A stretch of 63,719 nucleotides of DNA, filler included, from Octopus bimaculoides (taxonomy: Eukaryota): assembly GCF_001194135.2 (NCBI RefSeq). It is 4 parts of 4 records of this genome, joined end to end, with 100 filler letters (N's around TTAATTAATTAA, not from the genome) between each part and the next. Parts side by side here need not be neighbours in the genome. Positions count along the whole stretch, not along the records: positions 19,104 to 38,657 come from NC_068990.1; positions 38,758 to 60,152 come from NC_068987.1; 2 more parts are not named here. The stretch is one strand, 5' to 3'. The notes under the pieces are model-generated. The model was not told the DNA's origin and searched no databases. It was given only the letters and a program-made list of their open reading frames with translations. Positions within the stretch are counted from its first letter, which is position 1; the number at the start of each line of letters is the position of its first letter. Shown here in pieces: positions 38,201 through 52,449 of this stretch. Both the position numbers and the translations under genes were made by a program.

Positions 38201-38399
38201 CCATCATTGATTGAAAAATATTTGTAAGGACCAGGGGAAATATCCATTTTTTCTATTAAGAAATATCACAGAGACGCAAATATTGAAAAGTTTCCTTTGT
38301 TGAACCGGAAGTGTATACTGAATGCTTCCCCTCCCCCCATTTACTAAGCAATGAACACACAGGCAAAGTATATCATATTGTTTCCATGTATATAAACGT

Positions 38400-38657
38400 G
38401 GACTATTGAAGCCAGGTAAAATATTTACCATAAAAAATCACTTAACCCATGCATCGAAGAACTTAATTTATGTTCTTAAACGTGTTAGGTGTGGTGGGGA
38501 CAACATAGGTCAAACGAGCTTGATCTTGCGGGACAGCCTGACGGTACACAAGCAACAGATCCGGGACCCCATGACCTGGAAAATTCCCGTAAGTAAACAC
38601 TTAGATCAATGCCTCACAAACAAAAATCCGAAATACCAGGTTTTCTTTCTCTATCAA
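38400..38657 (+). mobile_element. Penelope-like element GIY-YIG endonuclease fragment
   Basis: FTIKNHLTHASKNLIYVLK..CG..NIGQT...LR....HKQQIRDP....PVSKHLDQC. Cut by a synthetic gap. Confidence 0.75.
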
Positions 38658-38757
38658 NNNNNNNNNNNNNNNNNNNNNNNNNNNNNNNNNNNNNNNNNNN
38701 NTTAATTAATTAANNNNNNNNNNNNNNNNNNNNNNNNNNNNNNNNNNNNNNNNNNNN
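38658..38757. other. Synthetic scaffold spacer N44-TTAATTAATTAA-N44
   Basis: Linker at 38702-38713 with 44 N on each side. Confidence 0.95.
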
Positions 38758-38932
38758 TTGTATATGCTCCACAAGGGAAAACAAGGAACATAGTTTACAA
38801 TGAGGTGTTATAATCACAACAGCAAGAAAGTATGTACATGATCACCTTCTTTTACGAAACTTCATTGACTTTCATATATTTATATTGATATACATATATA
38901 TACGTGTGTTTGGGTGCGTGTGTGTATATACA

Positions 38933-39023
38933 TCTCTATATATAAAGATGATGCGTAGTCTAGACGGCGTTTTTAGATTTCATTATTCTCTTTAACCCGG
39001 GCAACGCCGGGTATTTCTGCTAG
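38933..39023 (+). mobile_element. Ultra-short non-autonomous Helitron (91 bp)
   Basis: 5' TC after A, subterminal hairpin ACCCGG-GCAACG-CCGGGT (38995-39012), 3' CTAG before T, no TSD. Confidence 0.75.
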
Positions 39024-40135
39024 TTGCTAATAATATTTAATTATCAAAATATGTTTCTTTTTAAACATCGAATGGTAGGAGAGTCCATCCGAGTGAAATA
39101 AGAATTAAAAAGGTCCATAGGTAAAAGTTGGTTGAGATACACTGATCTAAAACATGCCTGTCTTATCCTCATGAAAATCAGAATATGACAAAAAATGACT
39201 CTTTTTTATTGATATTTCTGTTGGCATGCATATGTTAGACATTCCTAATGAACCTACTGCTTGCGAAAGTACGCCAAAAACAGCAAATTGCCTTTGCTGT
39301 GGCTTCAAGTGGCATTGTAATGATATGAATAACCTCTGTGCAATATCAAGAAAACCACACCCAAGAGTAAGCTTTTACGGAGACCCAAGTCGATCATCCG
39401 AGATGAAGCAATCAAGCGCTACAAACGAATAAAAGAAACCTTGATCAGACGAGGCAGAATTTAGAAAAGGTCAAACATATAGCAGAAGAGTTGATATAAT
39501 TCTTACAGTAATCTTAGACGAGCTCTATTTGTAATTCCTCGAAAAACCTGATCTAGTTTGATCAATGCCAATCGGAAACCTTTACATTCTACAACTGAAC
39601 CTTACCACAAATACGCACTGAGGTTGCTAGAATCTTTTGGGCCATATCTTAATGAAAGTATAAAATACAGGGTCTGCTCGGCGAGAGAAAGATCATTCTA
39701 AAAAATTCATACGATGCAGGCTCTACTGAACTCGAAAAGCGAGATTTTTGGATGTAGTCCTCATGACGCAAATTCATTTTAAACTTGAGAACGATATACA
39801 CAGGCGAACTGCTCTATGGGGAATGAGTTGTCTTTTTTCCGAAAAACAATTTTTCACTATGTTTCTTTCTACTTTTTGCCACTACCAAGCCAAATTAAGA
39901 TCTATGTATCTCCACCATATAAAGGTTATTTACTGCTGGCTAACATATTTAAAAAATCAGCTATATTGCCCAGTGGCGATAGTAGTGAGAAACTGACGGT
40001 AACATTCTGACCATTTATATACTATAACCAGTAATATATTGCTTGACGATATAAAAATATATATTTGCATATCCATGCATTTGTGTGCATATGCATATAT
40101 GCGTACATACATACATACATATATATATATATGGA

Positions 40136-40220
<85 letters not shown>

Positions 40221-41868
40221 ACATATATGTAAATATATTTATATTTGTTTATATATAAGTATAAATGTATATGCATACATATATATGTACACATTTATAT
40301 ATTCATGTGTACATACAGACATACATTTACAGGCATACATATTTACATATATCTATACGCACACACACACACTCACACACATGAATCTATCTTAAACCGT
40401 TTTCAAGAAACCCGTATGGCCTCTTCATAAATTAATTTTATCTTAAACAATTATGAGCGAATATACACCTAATAACATCCCTTGAATATTTTTCTTTTTA
40501 TTGACAACCACCACCCACGAGACAACGAAGAATTTAACGTTGCCTGATTTTGATTTGCTGGAAATAGCATCAAAATTTCTTTGCAATAATTTCCTGTCGT
40601 TTTAAAAGGTAAAGTCATTAGATTATGTATCAATAGTTACAATATATCTGTAATGACTTTGATCATAATTGTGCTTGAAGAAAGGAGCTTGACTGACATG
40701 TGACTTAACAATAAGAACGAGAGCAACAAGGAACCTTTGTACATTTCTTCAAAGAACGAAACAAGTCATCCACCCCATGCTCAAACCATACAAGTCACAG
40801 CACATAGTTTTTAAAAATGAAAGACATCTTAGATAATGTAGTTTTAAATAGACTGTCTAAAAAAATAAAAGTAAAGGAAAAGAAAGAAGACGGAATATTC
40901 ACCGGTGGAGCGCCTTTGATCAGAACGGATATGGAGATAAATAACACTAAGAACAACAACGTCCATAATAGGATCTACTGTAGACGGGATGGGCAGAGCT
41001 TTCTTTCAGTATCATTAAAAGAAATATTTGACATTATCTTCCGCTCTCCTAATTTGATAAACAGCATCACTGCTTCCTTTTTAACTTGACGCAAGATTAT
41101 TTTGTAAAGGGAAAAGGGTTTGGTCTTTTAACTTCGGCCCCGATGTATTGTTAGTGTTTAATTTATAAACTTCTAGACTATGAAAAGCAAAGTCGGTTCC
41201 GCCATTGCTAAAAGTTGTTTGTACTACAAACTTTGAATTGTAACATGTGTTCAAAGTCTTATAAATGCAGTTTCTATTTTTTTGCTTGTGAATTTTATTT
41301 TAGTAACCAGATGAATAAGATGGAATGAGATTATTTATTTACGTATTTCTTTAGTTGCTTATTCATCCATCCATCCATCCATCCATCCATCCATCCATCC
41401 ATCCATCCATTCATTCATTCATTCATTCATTCATTCATTCATTCATTCATAGTGACTGTTTTCTTTTTCTAGGCTAGCAAGAGGAAAGTCAGATGAATTA
41501 AACCAAGAATAATACATTTATTTAGTGTCGCTACTTTTTTCTCCAGAAAGACAAAAGACAAATCAAAATAAGAGCGATACATGCATGTGTACTATGACAC
41601 GAATTGGATATCAATGACTCCGGAAATGAAGATTCACGTTCGTAATATTATTCTCGACTCTTTTTTACGGAATACGTACATAGACGTATTTATAACATAT
41701 AAGCTGTTTCATAGCTTCAGAGTTGAACCATTCTATTGTTCAACTGTTATTACACATGAAAAGAAATAGACAGAAGAAAACAAATATTTATTTTTATAAT
41801 TGCTATAGTTTGTGCTTGAGGATAAAGGCCATGGTGAATAGAAATGGTTGAGTGCTAAGCATGTTCAA

Positions 41869-42285
41869 TCCATCCATCCATCCATCCATATCCGATCAGT
41901 ATTCCTGGAAGTCATTGGAGTAAGAGTCCTCAGACGACTCCTTAACAAAATTGTATCTAAAGCAACTCTCATTACACTTTGCCGGCTGGATTCCTAAGCG
42001 TGACCAAATCAGAATATGGATATTATTCAAACACCTCGTTCTTCATCTGCTCCAAAATCCTACCGGCTGGTTCGGTTTGAAAAATCCGTCTCACGATTCT
42101 TTCCTGCTTCATTCTAATCACATGTCCATAATTCCTCTCAATGCGAAGTAGCAGCTTAACCCGGAGAAACTCTTTGATCTCCGAGTTACGCAGTCTGTCG
42201 AGTAACGTTACTTCAGAGATTTCTCGGAGACAACCCATTTCAGCCGCTGATATTCTCCGGACATACTCTAGGTTTAAAATCCGCC
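41869..42285 (-). mobile_element. RTE-clade LINE 3' fragment with (GGAT)n tail
   Basis: CLREISEVTLLDRLRNSEIKE...LLRIER..YGHVIRMKQERIVRRIFQTEP, a typical RTE C-terminus. Confidence 0.8.
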
Positions 42286-43154
42286 GACATCAACCTGCTT
42301 TTCCTTGCCTTTGACGTTGGTAAAATAAGTACTAGCAGAGTACTTTTTGTGGTGTAGACAAGAGGAAGGTATTATACACTCGTCCTTTACTGGCTTTCGA
42401 AGTTGTCTGAAGATGATGTATTGCTTGGCTAGCTGTAAGGTGATGGTTGCTTGAAAAATACTGCAGGAAGGATTTCCAGAGAGTTGTCGTTCTTGGGTAA
42501 AAGATTGGGTATTATGGTTAAAGCAAATCTTCAGAGTAGAGATGAGTGTGTCGGTTATGCCTCTGTGTGGGAAATGAAAGAAAAATCGATAATATTATCA
42601 TCTGTATATGAATGAAGCTCTTTAATGTACAGAAGGGACTAAAACAGTGATATAGAATTGATAGAGTGTGAACCAGAGAGAGCGCCATCGGCACATGCTG
42701 AGATGGTGCGATCAAACAAGTCTATGGTGGAGATGATATGAATATAGTTATCTCTGTAGAACAGAGGCAGTTGTAGTAGAGGTAGAAAGGCATAGAAATG
42801 AAATTATATACCTGCAGATAGAGATTGGAGCGATTAAGCGAATCAGTCTTTGCTAATCGGCTAAGCGGCTTTCTTTTAAATGCGGTCTTGGAGGTATTCT
42901 TTTATTCCTTTATGCGTTTCAGCCCAAAGACTGTGACCCTGCTGAGGCACCGCCAGTATATTTGTAGCAACAGCAGCAGTACGGTCCCATATCCGAGAAC
43001 CTTATTCTATTGTATTTTATTTGAGCTTCGTTTTGGAATATTTTCTGAGTTTGCTATTCTATAAATGTGGGACAGACAGCAAGAGGTGATCAGTAATGAT
43101 ATCGAAGCTTAGCAGTCGTAGTGAGTTTAAGGATGAGGTATGGAGTTGTTTATT

Positions 43155-43462
43155 TGATATGTTACGACGACGAGGGTTCCAGTTGATCCGATCAACGGAA
43201 TAGCCTGCTCGTGAAATTAACGTGCATGTGGGTGAACACTCCACAAACAAGCGCACTCTTAACATAGTTCTCAGGGAGATCCAGCGTGACACAGAATGTG
43301 ACATGGCTGACACTTTGAAAAACAGGTACTACTCATTTTTACCAACTGAGTGAACTTGAGCAACGTAAAATAAAGTGTCTTGCACAAGGAGATAACAGAT
43401 ATCCTGAAATTGAACCCACGGCCTTACAGTCGTAAGCCGAATACCCTAACTACTAAGTCACA
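43155..43462 (-). mobile_element. SINE family C, near full length
   Basis: Homologous to 36162-36482 on the reverse strand. Confidence 0.88.
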
Positions 43463-43481
43463 TGTATATACATATATATAT

Positions 43482-43545
<64 letters not shown>

Positions 43546-44235
43546 NNNNNNNNNNNNNNNNNNNNNNNNNNNNNNNNNNNNNNNNNNNNNNNNNNNNNNN
43601 NNNNNNNNNNNNNNNNNNNNNNNNNNNNNNNNNNNNNNNNNNNNNNNNNNNNNNNNNNNNNNNNNNNNNNNNNNNNNNNNNNNNNNNNNNNNNNNNNNNN
43701 NNNNNNNNNNNNNNNNNNNNNNNNNNNNNNNNNNNNNNNNNNNNNNNNNNNNNNNNNNNNNNNNNNNNNNNNNNNNNNNNNNNNNNNNNNNNNNNNNNNN
43801 NNNNNNNNNNNNNNNNNNNNNNNNNNNNNNNNNNNNNNNNNNNNNNNNNNNNNNNNNNNNNNNNNNNNNNNNNNNNNNNNNNNNNNNNNNNNNNNNNNNN
43901 NNNNNNNNNNNNNNNNNNNNNNNNNNNNNNNNNNNNNNNNNNNNNNNNNNNNNNNNNNNNNNNNNATATATTGAGAAAAAAAAAGTCGTCAGAATTTTGG
44001 AAAAAATTCATTTATTTCTTCGTTATTATTAGCGCTTTCGTTACTCTCTAGAATTTGTCAAATACAATTTTGTGAATGTACAAACAGCTTGTTCATTTAT
44101 ATAAAACAGGTGCTTTGGGGTGGAGTGAGGTTTAGAAGGAAATATTACTTTTGTTTGGGGGGGGGGGAAGTTCCAAGACAATGGAGATGCTTAGATAGAA
44201 ATATAGGTAGGTAGATAGATAGATAGATAGATAAT

Positions 44236-44277
<42 letters not shown>

Positions 44278-44955
44278 TTCAGACAGATAGACAGATGGGT
44301 AGAGGGAAAGACAGAGAGAAGGGGTATCCACCTTCCTATTCACCATTCATTCATTTATTTATTTTTTCCTTTACCATGGTATTGGAATGGGTTTAAGGAT
44401 GGTGACCTCTTAAAAAACACATACATACATATATATATACATATATAAACACATACATATATACATATATACATACATATACATACATACATACATCGTT
44501 CTTTGTACACATAGCTTTCTTTCTGGCTGTTTTACATGCGTTTAATAATTTCACACTCACACGCACACACACTGGCGGCCTAATAATGCAGCGAGAAAAT
44601 ATTATCATAATGCATGCCTTTAATTTTTATATGCTTCTTTAGCTATGTGTCTGCATGACAATGTCTGCATGCCTGCATCTATGCATATATCCCTCCCTCC
44701 CTTAATACACACACTCATATATCCCTTAATCTATCTATCTATATATCTATCTATCTATCTTTTTTTCTTTCTTACCACATATACAGTGTCTTTTGAAAAG
44801 TCACCTTCATAAGCATTGTATAGCGGTAATGTGATAGAAAATCGCAATCTCCCACTGGGTGGTCCCAGCACGAAAACATCGTTAACAAGCAAGAAGCGAG
44901 ATTGTCTGAAGAGTTACTTAGATAAAAACCACCCATACACACATCTAAGAGAGAG

Positions 44956-45012
<57 letters not shown>

Positions 45013-45179
45013 NNNNNNNNNNNNNNNNNNNNNNNNNNNNNNNNNNNNNNNNNNNNNNNNNNNNNNNNNNNNNNNNNNNNNNNNNNNNNNNNNNNNNNNN
45101 NNNNNNNNNNNNNNNNNNNNNNNNNNNNNNNNNNNNNNNNNNNNNNNNNTATATATATATATATATTGATGTATGTATT

Positions 45180-45412
45180 TATGTTTGTTTGTCTTTGTGT
45201 CTGTGTTTGTCTCCCCACCAACGCTGGACAACCGACGTTGCTGTGTTTGCGTCCCCGTGACTAAACGGTTCGGCAAAGAATACAGATAGAATAAGTACTA
45301 GGCTTACAAAGACTAAGTGCTAGGGTCGATTTGTTCGACAAAAACCTTTGAAGGCGATGCTCCAGCATGGCCACAGTCAAATGACTGAAACAAATAAAAG
45401 AATTAAAGAATA
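45180..45412 (+). mobile_element. SINE family A, 3' module
   Basis: GATAGAATAAGTACTAGGCTTACAAAG...CAGTCAAATGACTGAAACAAATAAAAG. Confidence 0.9.
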
Positions 45413-45414
45413 TA

Positions 45415-46413
<999 letters not shown>

Positions 46414-48790
46414 TAAGATTTTAATTAGAAAAGTAGACAAGAGCATAGTTAAGTGTCCACAGTTTTATCCAGTCAGCTACAGTGATCACTAGATGGTTAC
46501 CTGTACGCTGAACTTAGATAAGGTACATAGACAGGGATCTGGCTACTGGAAACTCAATACGTCCCTTTTGGTGATTGAGGAGCACAGAAAGCGGATTAAG
46601 TTGATAATTAAGAGGGCGTTAACAGGAGCCATCATTAATAACAAATGGTGATACGCCCTAAAACGAGCCATAAAATTTGAGTCTATTAGGTGTAGCATAA
46701 ATTTAGTGGCTAAGGAACGTAAGAAAGAAGCGGGTCTATTTAAGAACTTAGAAGAAGCCATGAGGACTGGCAGTGCAGCCTAGGTGAGGGCAAAGGGACT
46801 GGAATTAAACCAGCATCTCGAAACCCAACACATGGGATGCATTGTCATGGCTAGACTTCGTGCAGTGGGTTGCGAAGGAATCAAGGCCGCTGGAGGGGCT
46901 CGAGTGGTAGAAGCTCAACGTGGAAATGATTCCACAGTTCGATCTTTGGTAAACCATCAAGGTGTGTTGATAAATAAACCCGAGGAAATGTGTAAGGCTT
47001 TTCAGGAGCACTTCGCCCAGCTTTTCGTGGGGAGCGATGGACCGGATGGTAGGAGGGACCATTCGAACTTCCTTGCCGGGCTGCCGCACCTCTCGGGGCA
47101 GGATACGGACTCTTGTGAGGGGCCGATCAAATCTGAGGCTGTGGCAGACTGTAGCGTAGGTCACAGAGACTGAATGGTCTCCCTTACGAGTTATATAAAT
47201 GTATGCCAGACTTGTTCGGGTACCTGCTGGTTAGCATGTACGCGAACTGACAACAGAATGGTGACACTGATCAGAAAGGACCTAGACAAGGGGGATCTAT
47301 GGATAATTTCCGGCCCATCACTGTGCTAAACACAGAAGTGAAGATTTTGGCCAAGGTGCAAGCAAAAAGGTTGGCGCGTGTCGCGGATGGTCTGATCAGG
47401 GAGGCACAGCCATGTGCCATTCCCGGGCAGAAGCATTCAGGACAATCTCCACCTTCTCCGCTACACCTTAGAGGGGTTTGGGAGTAAATCTGACAAAGGT
47501 GGGGAATTGGTACATTTAGACCAATCTAAAGCTTTCGATAGGGTTGACCATCACTACCTGGTGTCTGTTCTTGCACAGCTCGGCTTGGGTCTTGGCTTCC
47601 TTAAGTGGATAATTCAATTGTATGAAAATATTGACTCGATCGTTCGGGTGAACGGTTTTCTATCAAAACCGTTCTGCATCAAACGTTCGGCTTGCCAAAT
47701 GTGCCCACTCTCACCGCTTTCGTAACGGCGAAGGTTGAGTGGCATCCCGAGAGAACCAAGGTGTGGAGAATCGGTTTCAGCTTATGCGGATGACATCACC
47801 ATCAGTGTGACCAAAATCGAACACCTACAGAGGGTAGCTAAGGCCATTGAGGTTTACAGGGCGGTAGCAGGAGCAAAGATTAACCGGGGAAAATCAGTCG
47901 GCTTGCAACTCGGCACCTGGAGGGGCAAGTCGATGCCTTCAGACATCGTCGTAAGACGTTGGATGGAGGGCCCGGTTAAGTTGCTAGGGGTCTGGTTTGG
48001 TCTGGACCTCCAGGTAGAGAAGAACTAGGCCGAGGTTTTGAGCAGGGTAGCTCACATAGCCAGGACCTGGTCTTAGCAGTGGCTGTCCCTGAGAGGGAGG
48101 GCGGAAGTAGCCAATGTGTTCATCGCATCGGTCATTACCTACCGCCTAACCGTCGTTCTTTGCCCGGATTCGTGGTTGACCAAGTTAGAAAGACAGCTCT
48201 TTCACTTTTTGTGGAAGGGCTCGAATTCACTTGTGAAACGCTCTATTTGCTGTTGTCTGGTACAAGAAGGATACAGCTATCGACTGAGTCAATTATAAAA
48301 ATTGACCCGCCTGATTTTCTGTCAAATGAAGGTAAGAATTGTTTTCTCACCGTAGTAGTAATAACGAAAGAAGTGGTATGGAGGACAAAAATGAAAGGAG
48401 CAAAGACAAGCAGCTTTATCTCTGGCCTTGCCTTGCAAAGGTATTTCACTTTCCATTTGAAAAGGCAAGTATGGCTGGAGGAGAGGTGTCTGTCGGAGAA
48501 AATGTTCAACGAAAGATGGAAATATGTAACATAAGTGTTGCGAATTTATGTAATCGTGTGAATATGCCAAAAAAGTGTCTTACAGGTATCAGTGGTGAAT
48601 TGTGGGCTCATGGGGTCGGAGCTGAACCCAAACACCACTCCATCTGTGTTGTCTGTTGTGTTGTCATCATTCGTTGCATGTGTTATATTTAATTTCTAAC
48701 CGCATTTTTATGTAAATCTCATATCGTTGTATCTGACCCCTCAGATTGTAATGTCCCATCTAAGTTAGCCCCTGGTGGGCAACAAAAAAT
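46414..48790 (+). mobile_element. L1/Tx1-clade LINE, 5'-truncated ORF2 pseudogene (APE end, RT, C-terminus, 3' UTR) with an internal deletion near 48255-48350
   Basis: YSDH and GYWKLNTSLL (APE end); FRPITVLN, QPCAIPGRSIQDN, LDQSKAFDRV, CPLSP, YADD, LLGVWF (RT); 3' end TAGCCCCTGGTGGGCAACAAAAA. Confidence 0.92.
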
Positions 48791-49234
48791 CAAACATTTT
48801 TTCACGTCACAAAGCCTTTTTCTATATCCTTGCGAACTTTTAAAAAAATACTATGACATTTTAAAAAAATATAACATTACTCAATATGACCTCAAGTTCT
48901 GTAAGTAGGAAATATTTTAAGCTTTCTCAAAGTTTTAAACTCTTTTTAATCGACTTTTTTTTTAATATCTCTGATGAAAGAAATGTGACTATTTGTATCG
49001 GATGGAAAATTCGCCCAATACAAACGCATTTCTCGAAACGATCGTAAGGTTTTGTACTATTACTTTTCTTTGGATTGTAAGATTGGAGCGCTTGAACCCT
49101 AAGATCTCGATGAACTTTTTATGTATTTTGTATTCCCACGATAAAGGAACTTGACCTACGAAAATCTGTAATCTCACTTTGATTTATGTTATATTTTGCT
49201 CATATAGAGTACTAATTAGGTGCACTGCAACAAA

Positions 49235-49410
49235 GGTTTTCCTTTTTTTCTTACATATACACAAGACAAGTTTTTTTCTGTTTCTGTCAACCAAATCCAA
49301 TTCCGTGTATAGTAGAAGATATTTGCCCAAGGTTGCCCAAGCTGCTACGCAGTGGGACTGAACAAAAACCATGTGTTTAGAAGCAAACTTCTTATCACAC
49401 AGTTATGACT
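49235..49410 (-). mobile_element. SINE family A, 5' half
   Basis: Reverse-complement head ACGCAGTGGGACTGAAC...CTTCTTATCACACAG and reverse-complement CORE-like TAGTAGAAGATATTTGCCCAAGG. Confidence 0.85.
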
Positions 49411-49495
49411 ATATACATACATACAAAAATACATACATATATAGGTATGTCCGTACGTACGTTCATGTATGTATGTATAGATAGATAGATAGATC

Positions 49496-49544
<49 letters not shown>

Positions 49545-49845
49545 CTACATACATACATACATACATACATACATACATACATACATACATACATACATTG
49601 CTTGAGCCATTGCCGGAGCCTGCTGCTATGCCAAGCAGTGCCTGTGCATGATGCTTTTTTAAAGTGATGAGAGGCATTGCACACAGCCAATCCCGGTCTG
49701 AACAACGATGACGGATACTCCAAATAGAATAACTAGTCAACGTCATTGGCTGTCAACGAATCACACGTTTTACATCAGAGTTTTCCTTATCTTCGACTGA
49801 TGTCCTAACGAGGACTAGGGGGTCTCTCATACATGCGTGCATACA

Positions 49846-49879
<34 letters not shown>

Positions 49880-50344
49880 ACATACATACGTACAGGCAGA
49901 AAAAAAGAAAGAAAGAAGTTAAGGCCAAACATTTTCCTTCTTAGAAGCCTCTTTTCTCGTTTGGTGCCGTAGAAATTCCTTTCTTTTTCTTACTTGCTTT
50001 CTTTATTTCGTCTTTGTTCTTTCAATTGCATCAGCTATCTTATATTACACCAATAGACAGTAATAAACAGCAGGCATTCGTCTTTGAACCAAAACAAAAT
50101 TTAATTCCCAAAATTAACCTTCGTCTACAAAATTTCAGTTGAGTCCCAAGATATTCCAGAAAATAGTGGGAGTGTCCCCACTCATACATACACACATCTT
50201 TATAAATTTCTAATACAAATATGTAAATATATATATCACCACTCAGCATAAGCAGCCCTTCTGGGGTGGAACTCAAAGTAGACTGTTGATTTTTAATATA
50301 ACACACACGCATAGAGGAAAAGTTTTGAATGTGGATTATTTCAG

Positions 50345-50730
50345 TTGTATTGCAGAGCCCTGAGAACCATCGAAAACATCACATGTTACCATCACGTTTC
50401 TAACACAGAAATGCGTGCGCGCAAGCATCATCCCGCAGCCTCCCACCTCCCGCCGGATGCACTGGTACGGATATGTCCTCCGCTTCCTGCTAGATCACCC
50501 TACCAGGGCCTTACTCTCATTCAGCAGCTGCAAGCTGGAAAAGGACCCCTTGACGAGCTCCGCACCAGATGCTTGGGCGGGATTAAGGAAGGTTACCAAT
50601 GGTTCGATATCGTCTCGAAGGATGTAGAGGGGCTGGGACCGGACCGCCAGCGATGGGGGTGGGGGGAACTGGTGGACCTGGTCGACTCTATGCACGATAA
50701 CGTTTCTGGGAAAATCCCAGTGTTATATCT
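50345..50730 (+). mobile_element. RTE-clade LINE C-terminal fragment
   Basis: RALRTIENITCYHHVSNTEMR...RRMHWYGYVLR...HPTRALL...W..IVSKD...DRQRW. Frameshifted. Confidence 0.7.
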
Positions 50731-51664
50731 GAGTAGTTCCTCCTCCTCAATTTGGTATGTGAATCAAAAATAAAGCTATAAATAAAACGTGTAAATGTTG
50801 AGTTAAAAAATCCTTTAGTTAGGAAACGTCGAAGGGTGCCAGCCTCCGACACTTTCTATCCAAAGGATTTTGTAACCCAATAAAATAAAAAATAAAATTT
50901 TAAAAACTACCAATTTCCTCCGCTAAATCGGGCTAACGGCGACTGAGAAATGAACACCGCACGGTGAAGTGACAACGCCCTCGTGACAACGCCATCGAAG
51001 TAATTACGGTAGGGCACAATTAACCACACTATTTGTTTTGGGGTGTGAGACCTATTCTCTTCATTCCATATCATGCTACTTGTACCCCTTTTTCTTTTCA
51101 TTTTTGTTTCCTTTCTCTGTTTTTTTTTTTGTATTTAAATATTAAAATCTAATAAACTATCTCAAAGATATATCGATTGCTTATCTAATATAATGAAATC
51201 TTCGATTTCTAGACGTGATTGTAAAAAACAAATCATTTTACATCTCTCGAAGTATCTACATTCTTATGATGTAAACTAAATTAAACTGTTTATTTAAAAA
51301 AAAAAAAACTTAAAATGTTATCAACTGAGAAACTNNNNNNNNNNNNNNNNNNNNNNNNNNNNNNNNNNNNNNNNNNNNNNNNNNNNNNNNNNNNNNNNNN
51401 NNNNNNNNNNNNNNNNNNNNNNNNNNNNNNNNNNNNNNNNNNNNNNNNNNNNNNNNNNNNNNNNNNNNNNNNNNNNNNNNNNNNNNNNNNNNNNNNNNNN
51501 NNNNNNNNNNNNNNNNNNNNNNNNNNNNNNNNNNNNNNNNNNNNNNNNNNNNNNNNNNNNNNNNNNNNNNNNNNNNNNNNNNNNNNNNNNNNNNNNNNNN
51601 NNNNNNNNNNNNNNNNNNNNNNNNNNNNNNNNNNNNNNNNNNNNNNNNNNNNNCTGCACACTCA

Positions 51665-51703
<39 letters not shown>

Positions 51704-52346
51704 TAATGAGAAAGCTGCTTATTAATTAGGTAAGTAACAATTACTATAAGTACTAAAAGAAAGCAATTATTAAAGGGTTGACCGTCTGGAAATATCTTTA
51801 TAAATTCATGTTTCTAAGAGATTTCCTATAATTTCAATTTCTCAAGTTTATTCAATTTTTTAACTCTAATTTCTCGCAAATTTAAATATTCATTGCATTC
51901 ACTGCGTCCAATTCTTCACAAATTTAAATATTCAATGCATTCACTGTAGCATATTCCATTTTCATTTGCAAAGTCTCTCACTTTCTCCATTAGGTTTTAA
52001 CTCGCTATTTGGAAAACCGACAGTTTATTCTATTAAAGTATACGTAATGTAAAAACATTATTTATTGAATGAAATTTTTTTTAAATACCCGTATAATTTC
52101 TGAACGAGGGATAGCTGTGAGAAGAGCCTAGAAAGTTGGTAATTACTATTAGAAGACGAGAAGAAAAAAATGTTACTGACAAGTACTCGAAACTTGCACC
52201 TTATTCAGTTTCCAAACATTCTGTACCACTAAGCCAATATATGCACAAACAATTTGCACGAGCGACTTCAACAATGACACACACACACACACACCAATAC
52301 ACACTCGCGCACACACATAAATACACATACACACAAATGAAGGGCA

Positions 52347-52391
<45 letters not shown>

Positions 52392-52449
52392 CTGTTCACT
52401 GACAAAACTTCGTGCTGCATCACTTTTGCGAAGTCTTGTCAGTGAACAG
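52392..52449. other. 58-nt near-perfect hairpin
   Basis: CTGTTCACTGACAAAACTTCG pairs with CGAAGTCTTGTCAGTGAACAG (one mismatch), plus two G-U pairs and a ~12-nt loop. Confidence 0.8.

Noticed and set aside
39226-39432. Cys-rich ORF (CLCCGFKWHC) as a zinc knuckle or exon
   Set aside because: Spacing does not complete a CCHC, the acceptor is weak, and there is no downstream pol homology.
40817-41089. 90-aa ORF in unique sequence
   Set aside because: No domain recognised; AT-rich random-ORF length.
41473-41512. Strong acceptor followed by LARGKSDELNQE* as a terminal exon; superficially like the 12673 candidate (LAKG)
   Set aside because: A four-residue resemblance is not significant and no upstream exons were found.
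54-43462. tRNA-like A/B boxes as tRNA genes
   Set aside because: All are SINE heads followed by SINE bodies; no complete cloverleaf seen.
51866-51947. 42-bp tandem duplication
   Set aside because: Ordinary local slippage duplication.
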